Source: Paramecium tetraurelia
Taxonomy: Eukaryota
Reading direction: 5' to 3'
NCBI GenBank assembly: GCA_000165425.1
Contig: CT868046.1
Span: forward strand, 1-64,000
DNA: 64,000 nt
The position numbers and the translations under genes were made by a program. Below the pieces are notes generated by a model. That model was not told the DNA's origin. It did no database searches and saw only the letters and a list, made by a program, of their open reading frames with translations. This document shows, in pieces, positions 53,739-64,000 of this stretch; position 1 is the stretch's first letter; each line of letters starts with the position of its first letter.

Positions 53739-54346
53739 ATGAATGCTAACTCAAATTATGGAATGAAGAAATATCTAAATCAATTAATACAACGAATAGG
53801 ACATCTAATGAATCTATATTAAACTCGTGCTCATGTATTGAATATATATTATATATAGAATTCAGAAGGAAGATTGAGTAGATCTAATTATAAGAAGCAT
53901 TAAAACTAACTTAAGGGGAGAAAACAATCAATTAATGGTATATGTCATTAAGACAAAGCGAGGCTAAAGAAGAAACTATTTAAGAAGACACTTAACATCA
54001 GTCAGTATTTTAAGATGTGAACAATAAGAATGCTTTATATGTTGATCCAAAATATAGATAATTAGAAATCATTAGGCAACCTAGTTTCTACATGAGTCAA
54101 CAAAATTCAATAAATCCAGATTAAAGGTTAAGATTTAATTCTACAAACTTATCATTCTATCAACAACAATTACCATATTTTCAATTAAGTGGAGTGCATG
54201 AGGAGAATATAGAGGAATTGATAGTTGAAGGATTAAATAAGTATAAGATTGAAAAAGAATACATGTTAGAATAAGCTGACAATTAAAAGTTTAGACTTTA
54301 TAAATAAGCCGAAGAGTAGTATATTGATGAATTAATTGATGAATGA
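53739..54346 (+). CDS. Hypothetical protein
   Basis: MNANSNYGMKK.. with one short intron, ending YIDELIDE*. Confidence 0.55.
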
Positions 54347-54349
54347 TTA

Positions 54350-55759
54350 TCATTTTTATTTGTTGAAGAATACAATAACAACAGTAATATCATCAATTAC
54401 TGTATCATTCAATTTCCATAATTTAATGGATTCCTTTACAATTCTAACACATGCAGCATTTCCTTCATCTTGAGCATAATATGGATATATCATATCTATC
54501 ACCTTAATTAATAAATGAGAGTACTTATTCATTGCTTAGGAATTCCCACACGCCATCAGATGCCAGAACCATAAATAAGTCTCCTTCCTACATTTTATAT
54601 GCGAGAATTTCTAAATAGAATTATGTCATTTAATTACCTGGTTCACAAATAACTCCACAACTTGCTGCAACCTTATCACCAAAACTTCTACTCATAGCCA
54701 GTCCTGGAATATCCTCTGTTTTTAACCAGACTCTTGCTGGACCTAAACTTGATCCATCAAAATCTATGTAAGGTTCTACTCTTCCTCCCTTCTGTTCAAT
54801 TCTTCTTTTCTCTTAAGGTAAGTCTGGCTTGTGGTCATTTGATAAGGAAATAGCACTTCTAGATCCATTACTTTGTTGTCTACAAATTATTGATCTGGAA
54901 TCTCCAACATTGGCTGTATAGATTGTATCATCGACTATTAGACTGATCACAGTTGTGGAACCACTAAAAGTTGTTATTATCTCTTCAAAATTGCATAATT
55001 AAGAGTTTGTTCTGAGGAAAGATTTGGAGATTGATTCTGGAATAGACGAAGGATTTAGAGACAAGAGAGAGTCGATGTTTTTGGGTAAATTATCTCGAAT
55101 GAATTGACTGCATTTATGACCATCTTGACCATGGCCATCACACACACCAAATAAGGACATGTTATCCTTGAAAGATTAAAGAGATATAAAACTATCTTGA
55201 TTTGTTTTTGTTAAATTATCTTCGTTTTTACCAGCCTAAGATTTAGTATAAGCAATTCTAGTAACACTTTGTTTAATTTACTCCTTTTTAAATAGGTCCA
55301 ATTGATTCATATCAGACTACAACTATCTAATAGGTTGTCTTGCTTTGATTGGTGATATTTTAGGCAAGTCATGTTTTAATCCTTTGTCACTCTGTTGTTT
55401 TCTGTGTAATACAGGGCTTTATTCAGCCCTTTATTGTTATGTCTATTGCTATTGTGCTTATTGAATAAGAAAGATTTTTTGGGAGTCCTGTAATTTTGAA
55501 GAAGACAAATTGCCTAATTAATTATATTTCGATCTTGGACGAATCTTATATATATACAAATTCATAATACAAGCAATTATCCATTCATATATACGCTATT
55601 TTATTTTGTTGGAGACATTTAAGATTTCTTATCAGGAGAAATGCTGATGTTTTATTTAAAACTTTAAGACCTGGTCTATACTTATAAGCTACTATTATTG
55701 TCTTTTGAAAAGGTTAGTTTATGTTATCGTAGACTAGTTGTTCGAGTTGCTTTATTCAT
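54350..55759 (-). CDS. Protein phosphatase 2C
   Basis: NQDSF, FGVCDGHG, SGSTT, ANVGDSRS, DHKPD, GLAMSRSFGD, ASDGVWE and DDITV. Confidence 0.95.
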
Positions 55760-56030
55760 ATAAATATTTAAACAAAAATTAATAACAATGATTGGAATAT
55801 CATAAATGTTTCATTTCTAAATTTTGAAATTTCTATTCCCCTTCGAATATATTGATTCAAAGGATCAAAAAACTTTAAGTGATTTTTGTATATACTCAAG
55901 TCCATCTATTAGTTTAAGTGGAGAATTGACTATCAATTAGAGTTGAAAGACAGGACTCAGTAAATTCAACACATTATTAGAATATTTTATATTTATTATT
56001 ATATTAATTATATAGTGAAACAATTAAAGA

Positions 56031-56719
56031 ATGATTTAGTAACTCCTGGATGAAATGACTGTGGCTTCAGATAAGTAAAAAAAGGAAATGAATAAAATTG
56101 ATTATAAATACTAAAGAAGAACAAGAGATGTAATTAATGCAGAAAAATAAGAAAAATTAGAGAACAAAGAAATAGATGTTGGTTTACCTAGAATTAAGGA
56201 CAAGGAAGAAGTCTATTAAGAATTAAAAAGAAGATTTAGAATGGCATGGAAAAGTATTCGATTTATACCATTTTTAAGGTCCTGGATTCAAAAATGATGA
56301 ATTTACTAAAATACCAACATTGAAAGGTAAAATATTGAATGAATGGGAAATATTGCGAATAAATTTGGCAGAGAGAAGTTATAAGGCTCCTCAAGGTTTC
56401 CCTTTTTTCCATACTTTTAGGCTTCAAAGGATTCAAAATACCGAGTCAATATTAAGAGTTTTAAAAGCCAAAGACTCCACCAGGAATTAAGAAATAATTA
56501 GATGAATTCAAATTGGATTTTGAGGATTTTGTTTAAAGGCCTAGCAAATATGGAAAAGTTCATGAAGATGAAATGTTAGAAAAAGTGAGGATAAATAACA
56601 AAGAACCATTTAGACTGACAAATAGTGTTCAACACAATGAATTTGGTTTTGATCCACATCTAACTTGGGAAGCAGAAATGAATAGGAAATAATCTAATAG
56701 CAAAAAATTAAGTAAATGA
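56031..56719 (+). CDS. Hypothetical protein (multi-intron)
   Basis: MIQQLLDEMTVASD..; successive GT..AG introns restore the frame; end approximate. Confidence 0.5.
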
Positions 56720-57163
56720 TGATATTAATAATATATAATCTATGATATTTGGGTTATTACTAAAGAATTGGATATATTCAATCATCATTATAAAATTGCA
56801 AACATTCGTTTGTAATCTGAATTTTATTATTGTAATAAAAATTATCTTTAAATCTAAGATTTTTAATATTTTAATTCGTTTTATATCAATACATAAATTA
56901 ATTAATTTTACTATGGGTTTAATTATTCTATTGTGATTAGGGAATATTTGGTATTTAATCAAAACTGTCTTATTATCTAATTAAACAAAATTTTAGACTT
57001 ACATAATAAAACTATATTGAATTTATAAATATTTAAAAACAAAGAAATAGTCAAAATGTTTAGATTTATTCTAAATATAATTAAAATACCCTGATAAGTT
57101 GTATATTACATTTATTTATCATTTTTTGTCGATTAAAATGGAATAAAATAATTATATTAAATA

Positions 57164-58360
57164 ATGGGAAATTGTTAGAGTGAAGAACTCAGTCATTCTG
57201 AATTGGAATTGTATAGTAAATTATCACAATATATAATGTAGCCCCGTAATTGTCGCAATATAAGTTGCTCTACGTTATAGGGAAAGGAGGATTCGGTAGG
57301 GTATGGAAGGTGAAATGCTAGAGAAAGTACTTCGCATTGAAGGAGATGATAAAATCTAAGTAGGGTTGTCAACTATATAGAAATTAGAATAATCGAAAAC
57401 CAATCTAATAAGAGTGTTATGAACGAGAGAATTCTGCTTTAAAAACTAAATCATTCGTATTATATAAATCGAAACAGATTTCTAGTTAATATGAGGGGAG
57501 CATTTTAAACATCGACACATTTATACATAGTTATGGACTACATGGAAGGTGGAGACCTAAGATATCATTTATGTAAGCAGGGCAAATTCACTGAAGAACA
57601 AACAAGTAGCAATTCTAATTTGATACCTAAGGGTTTTTTGTGATCTGCATATTGATGGCTCTCCAATATTTGCATAAAAACCTCATCCTTCATAGAGACA
57701 TTAAACCTGAGAATCTGGTATTTGATGATAGGGGCTATCTTCACATAACAGATTTGGGGATTGCTAGAATATGGAAGCCCAATAACAAGAATGAGACGAG
57801 TGGAACTCCTGGATACATGGCTCCGGAAGTTATGATGGAAACTGACCATGGAGTAGCCTGTGATTACTTTGCCTTAGGTTGCATTGTGTATGAATGTTTG
57901 ACAGGGAAAGTAATCATATTCATATATAATCAAGAGACCCTATTAAGGAAAAACCAGAAGGCAAATTAGAGAGTTGATAATAAGCAAATAGGTTAAATTA
58001 CCCAATCAAGGCTTATCCAAAGAGGTTACTGATTTTGTGAATAGATTACTGCAGAGGAAGGCTAATTAAAGATTAGGCAATGAAGGTCCGGATGAAGTGA
58101 TGAGTCATCCGTGGTTGAAAAATGTCAATTGGAGCAGACATTATGATAAATTAGTCGAGGCTCCCTATAAGATTGTGGGGAAGGATAATTTTGATTCTAA
58201 ATTTGTGAATCAAGTGTTGAGTATTAGTGAGTACAAGGAGGAAAGGGATCACAATAACTTGTTTCAAGGGTTCACTTACTTGGAAAACAATGATGAACAA
58301 TAGGTTACAGATATATACACTAGTAAATAAAAGCTATTATTATCTACTAAATATTATTGA
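57164..58360 (+). CDS. AGC-family protein kinase with N-terminal MGNC acylation motif
   Basis: GKGGFG, FALKEM, GGDLRYH, HRDIKPEN, TDLG, GTPGYMAPE and an AGC C-tail FQGFTY. Confidence 0.93.
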
Positions 58361-58399
58361 ACTATTCTGTTTTGTATTTAAGGTTTAATTTATATTTTA

Positions 58400-60641
58400 A
58401 TGAATATTTAACAACTATAAGGCCAATAACCTCAGATACCATAGTACTCTTAGTCGTCTTAACAAATGAATTCGCCAACTGCTTACAATCTCGATTCAAT
58501 TCCTGGAGATTGGAAACTGGCCATAATTCATTAGTCTGCTCATAAAGTGGGAGTTGCTGGAAAATAAATATGTCTTTGTTGTGGATATCACATTTGTGAG
58601 TTCTAATTAAAACTATCAGTTGACAAAGAAGACCTCTCATTTTTGGGTTCAGGATATCCCCTCTATTTTACCTTCATTAAAAACTGCATTTTCTTATTAT
58701 GTTTCCATTTGATGGCAGAAGGTCAGTTCAATTTAATAAGCAATTACTAAGGCGAAGACTGTATCCCTAAAAAAAGAGTGAAGTTTGAAACTGATTAGGA
58801 ATGTGTGAGAGACATTGTCACAATGTTCTCCCTGGCTAATAGAAGAAAAGATTAAGAATTGCAGGCATTATAAGACATCTTAACATTGTCTTCCACTTTC
58901 TTAATGATGGCATTTCTAATATATTTTAGAAAGAATCAAAAAAAATTAGATGTTTTTTGTGATTTATAAGAATTGACTCCTAGTGATTACACAGTCATGG
59001 CTTACAATATAAATTATCCAGATAAATTAAAACAATATTTTGAAATCGATTTATTCAAATTGTCAAGGAAGATTAACGTGAAAAAAATTAACTTAGCCTA
59101 TGATTTGTCAAAAATAAAGGAAATAAATTAAATTAAACATAACATATTAAACAAGAAAAAATCAAGTTTCCTCAACTCTGAATACTTCGACGAAAGGGAA
59201 TTGGAAGACATTAACAACTAGATCGAAGTACAGAAACAGAATTGTGATTTTACTGGATTGGCTTTTGTATCATTCAAATATGAAAGGATGAAATCAGATG
59301 TCATTCAAGTTGCAAAAAGTGTATTTTTAAATCATCACTCTTAGGATAATACATAGCCCCGATAATCAATATATTCACTGGTCTGAACTTTAATGAAGGC
59401 AGAATGCTTGATTATTATGGGCATCCTATATATGTCGAAGTAGCTCCAGAACCCACTGATATCAATTGGGATGTGATCTATATCTGGGCCAATCATAGCA
59501 TCTATAGAAGGATCATAGGAGCAATTATTAATGTTATTGTTAATATTATCTTGTCAATAGTAGTCTACCTTTCAATTTTAAAGTAAGTGTAAGTCTTGGG
59601 AGAACTGACCAAAGACTATCATGGCAATAACACATTCGATGAACACTACATTAAGGTTCATTTGTATTCCATAGGATATTCAATGATAACAGTTTTTATC
59701 AATTCGTTTTTGTTGGATGAATTGACGAGAGCAATAGTTAGTTTTTAAGCCTACCCTACATTTAGCCAAGTGAGTCTTGCTATTGCATCTAAACTATCAT
59801 TTATGATGTTTCTGAATTCAGTGTTCATGCAATGTTTGATAGCCTTGGAATCTGGTAACGTATATTATGCAGGAGGACTCGCTTACAATATGACCTACTT
59901 CTTTATATCGAATGCAGTAATCCCACCCATAATTTAAGTGTTAGACATTCCAGCAGTGCTTAAATCAATAAAGTAATATTATTACAAGAAATACGGAGTA
60001 CTTACTTAACAAGAATTGAACGAGTAAATTAAATTAATAATTAAAGACTCCTCGAGTTTCCAGAACATAAAATTGAAGAAGGTTATGCTGAAGTCCTTAA
60101 AACTATGAATGTGACCTTTTTTGTGGGTCCTCTCGTTCCATTAGGATATATTTTTAGTATTATTGGATTGATACTGTTTTACTGGGCTGAGAAGTATTTG
60201 TTACTTAGGAGCAAGACTGTTAAACACACTCCTTCATTTCAGCTATCCTCGAGAATGACAGACTCTTTACAACTGATTCCAATCATCCACGTTTTCTCTA
60301 CTTCAGCCTTTAAGTACTTCATCCAGAACAATTTATCCCTCATTTCGGTCATCGGTTTAGTTATAGCTTTGATTTATCATTTTATTCCCAATAATAGACT
60401 GGTTTCTTTGATGTGGGATTTCGGAGAACATGACGAATACGAAAAATACTGTGATTCCATATTTCCTTTCAATTATGATAGGGAAAATCCGATTACTCAA
60501 AAGAAGGCTTTGAGGAGATGGCTGAGGAGGTAGCACAGATTTGAGGAAAGGAAAGAAAAAAAGATGAAATCTGGAGAGGATTATGCAACTTTGAAATTGA
60601 AGGAAAGAGAAATTAAGTTATAACTTGAATTATTTTAATGA
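58400..60641 (+). CDS. OSCA/TMEM63 (CSC1-like) mechanosensitive/Ca2+-permeable channel
   Basis: LGSGYPLYF, PSDYTVM, TGLAFVSF, APEPTDINW and YWAEKYLLL. Confidence 0.85.
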
Positions 60642-60717
60642 ATTTACCTTAAAATAGGAATATTGGAATTTCATTTTAACATATAGTTTTTTGTACAAAA
60701 TAAAATAATATATCATC

Positions 60718-61062
60718 TCAAGAATTTATAAAAAACTTCATCGAAATCCAATTTATGTATACGATGAAGAATGTTGTAACTGACAGTAGTGGAATTGCGA
60801 ATCCAATAATAGAATTTTATATTATGGAGATTGGCAATACAAGTATCATCAAAATTACAGCTATTATCAACATCCAGCCTATCACTTCGTTGATCTTTTG
60901 GTTTGACAACGAAACTTTCTCAAATCTTGATTCATATAGATTGATTGGCCCTTTCGGATATTCTTTCCTTTACAAAGAATATTGCTATTGTTTCTTTTCT
61001 TCCTCCTTCTGTAATATCAGTTGGAACTGATTCAGGTTAATCTAAACATTGAGGGTAGTCAT
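60718..61062 (-). CDS. PIG-Y-like GPI-GlcNAc transferase subunit (114 aa)
   Basis: Two TM segments, ending AIPLLSVTTFFIVYINWISMKFFINS*, matching the PIG-Y C-terminal pattern. Confidence 0.65.
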
Positions 61063-61207
61063 GATTGATTAAAATTATTTATTTTAATATAAGTATCAAA
61101 CTTAATTATATCCAATTTATAAAGACAAAGTAACAATATGAATTATTTTGAAAATGAGACAACAGAGAATGTATTATATGTGTATATATAATAAATTATA
61201 ATTATGA

Positions 61208-63049
61208 TCATAATAATCTTTTGTCCCTTAATCGAAGTCTAGTTTAATCATCAAGTAATTATTAATACTAGTCTGGATACATTTATCTGTAAAACTCCAC
61301 ACTTTTGATGATAGTCTCATCCTCATAATAAAAACTCTTAGATAAAATAAACTTAATTTCCTCTTACATGTTATTTGGCTTCTTCCTCTTTAGACAATTC
61401 ATGATAAAAGTAGTTATCAATCCATTGTAGGATTTGTTTTGCTCTTAGAACAAAAAGTTCAGAATATCCTTCGTATGTTCGTATTCACAAACTTATTCTT
61501 GAAACAACTTCAATAACTCGTATTTATTGTTTTTTAATTATTGTTAATCCTTCTATAAAAACAACTTTATCAGAAAAACTGCCAAAGCCTTGCTCTCATC
61601 CTTTAATATATAATGATATAGATCAAAATTGGATCTTCTTAATATCATTTGAGTCAGCCTCTCTGTTGGGACCTTTTCAATAGTCTTCATCATAAAATCT
61701 ATTTTCAATTAATCGAAGGTCTATGAAATAATCTAGTTTATGATATTTGAATCCCCCTCTATCTATTGTGTAAAATAACGATACAAGTAAACTCTAAACA
61801 TGTCAAAAGCAAACTCTTCTGACTTTGGATATTCTAAAGCAAATTCCACAAACAAATCCAAGAACTTCTAGTGCAACGCATCAGGGTTATTTACACTCAA
61901 ACCTATGAATTCGATGATCTATTTAACACCCATGTTACTGTTATTTTTTATCTTCAACAAATTGGCGTATATGGCATCAAGATGTTAAGGGTAGTTTTAT
62001 TGACAATCTTGCAATAACTTGGCTAGAATCTTACAATGATGATTATGATTTTATTAACAAATTCCTATATAGAACATGAATGTTAATTATTATTGGCAAT
62101 CATTCATTGTAGATAACTAATTTATTTTTTATTGGGTTTCCTCAAATATGAAATCTTTGATTTCTGGCTTCTTTTTGTTAAATATCAAAGGATTTGCTTA
62201 TTTAACAAATTCTAAAATTGTTGAATGATTAATTTTCAATAATAATCTGAAACTTTCAAATTACAATGGATGATCTTCATTTAAAAATTTAAATACTAAA
62301 TCTCTTAATTAGGTAAAATATATTGAGTACATCTTCTCGTTTTACTTCAGAAGTGCTTATTCAGTGAATTCCTTTACTAACTCTATCAAAGAGACTCTAA
62401 ATTAAGGAACAGAGTTTATTAGTTTCTCAGTTATATTTTAAGTACTTAAATTAGACATCAAAAATGAAATTTTTTATTTAATCAACATACAAAATGTATC
62501 TAAATAATAATCATATCTTTTTTGATAATTCTATTCGATTTCTTTATAAAGAATACTCAAAAAGATATCTATTATTGATTGGATATCACAATTTGGTTCT
62601 TAAAATTAAATATTCAGACTTTATATAATCAGTTATCTATCTATTTATTAGATTTCATCACTTTAAATTTAGTTTTACTTTTGATCATAGTATTGTTTCA
62701 AGAATTATTTGATTTCATTCAAGGAATTAAACTTGATATTCTGATCTCTATTGGATATTATTTAGATCTCATTTTCCTTAATGTTTCGTTCCTCCTGTTT
62801 AAAATCAAAAGAATTGAAATTTTGGATAGCATCAATTGAATCATAGACTTAATATATTTTCACTTTTTTTAATTTGATTTCTTCGGGCAATTTCTCCTCT
62901 ATTTATTATTTTTAACTTTCCATTTCCTGAGATGTTAAGTAAAAATAAAGGTTAGCTCTTTCGGCCTCACTCAGAGCAAATTCACTTGAAATAGCAGGGA
63001 TTTAGAATTCTTTCAAATACTTGATAATCTCCTTTACTTTTTATTTCAT
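61208..63049 (-). CDS. Hypothetical all-helical protein
   Basis: Long code-6 frame from MKQKVKEIIKYLKEFQIPAISSEF; probable intron near 61340. Confidence 0.55.
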
Positions 63050-63075
63050 AATTATTTATGATTATTAATTATAAA

Positions 63076-64000
63076 TCATTCTCTCTTTTTCTTACTTATA
63101 TTCTTCTTCTAAAACTATTATAATTCTTATGACCCAATTTTCTTAAAATCATCCTTACTCATAATCTTCTCAGCCTCCTTCTCATTCTCAACTCCGTCCA
63201 ATAAATCTTTCATAGTTTAATCATCCTAATTTGAAACTGTACTTTCCTAATCATTTTTTTTTGAATCAATAGTATAATTATGATTATCATAGTATCTACA
63301 TAAGTCAACTAATTCATATGCTCTTTATTCAACTAATTACATTAATGTGATCTCTGAATTTGGGTCGTATTTAATCTATTATTTATTTGCTATTTCTAAT
63401 AATTCCTTCTCATATTCTTTGATCTCATTTTCAGCCTATTGAATTTCTTTATCCAACTTCTCACTTCTTTCTAATTGTTAAGCAAATTTAAATTTTTCAT
63501 CTTCAAATTCATTATCTTCCTTCTATTAATTTTTAGTGTATTAAGAGATCTATCTTTACAATTCTTCTATTTATTTTTCTTCTAAATCAATTTAATCACT
63601 TAAAACATTTGCCTTTTTGAACAACTCATTATTTGTTTCTTCAATTGTCCTAAATGTATGAATAATTTCTTCAATGGAGTTTAGTCCTGTTTCTTTTTTT
63701 AATTTCTCAAACATCAATTCGTAATTCGTTACATCTTCAACATCCTTCTGCATTTATATCTATTATTTAGGTTATTAGGATTCTTTTATTTATTAGGATT
63801 TACTCTCTTACTTAGTTTATTATTATTGCTATTATTAATTTTTTGGAGATTATTCCTCTGTCTCATCTAATCTATTGGTTTTTAGTATCTGTGTATATTC
63901 CTATTTATTAGATTCGACAACTTAAGTAGCTTATCTAATTAGAATTACATATTCAATTACTCTTTCATCTTATCAAATTATTCCTAACACTGATTTAATT
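63076..64000 (-). CDS. Outer dynein arm docking complex coiled-coil protein (ODA-DC2/CCDC114/CCDC63-like), 5' part outside window
   Basis: EDVTNYELMFEKLKKETGLNSIEEIIHTFRTIEETNNELFKKANVL followed by extended coiled coil. Confidence 0.7.

Noticed and set aside
56708..56962. Overlapping ORFs 56708-56962(-) and 56742-56936(+)
   Set aside because: AT-rich I/K/F/N-biased sequence without motifs; likely non-coding.
6903..64000. Functional clustering of ciliary genes (ARMC9, PKD2-like, TTLL, ODA-DC)
   Set aside because: They are dispersed among unrelated genes, and ciliary genes are abundant in ciliates, so this is expected by chance.
1..64000. tRNA/rRNA genes, telomeric repeats, retained IESs, CRISPR arrays
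   Set aside because: None recognisable by eye. IESs cannot be called without a germline/somatic comparison.

Overview
Very AT-rich, gene-dense eukaryotic DNA using the ciliate genetic code (TAA/TAG = Gln, TGA = only stop), with 20-30 nt GT..AG introns and very short intergenic spacers. This is typical of Paramecium macronuclear-type sequence. The supplied ORF track assumes the standard code, so it fragments real genes and reports many false ORFs; I re-read the genes by eye in code 6. I can support about 35 genes, including kinases, ARMC9, TLDc, RING ligases, DnaJ, DUSP, a LOTUS protein, CNNM, a PKD2 channel, two cyclins, TTLL, Rab, a GPCR-PIP-kinase fusion, PP2C, an OSCA channel, PIG-Y-like and ODA-DC, plus several decayed pseudogene-like tracts. 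The most striking structure lies at ~22.9-29.5 kb. Two near-identical, divergently oriented 1286-bp pseudokinase genes form a long inverted repeat with patchwork identity. They enclose a ~3.8-kb, heavily eroded APE-RT-CCHC non-LTR retrotransposon relic. Other notable items are a pair of HTH-psq/CENP-B-like paralogs, two VPS4-like ATPases with degenerate Walker B, and a small tandem-OB-fold candidate. Coordinates were counted by hand; some gene starts and intron edges are approximate. No database searches were run.
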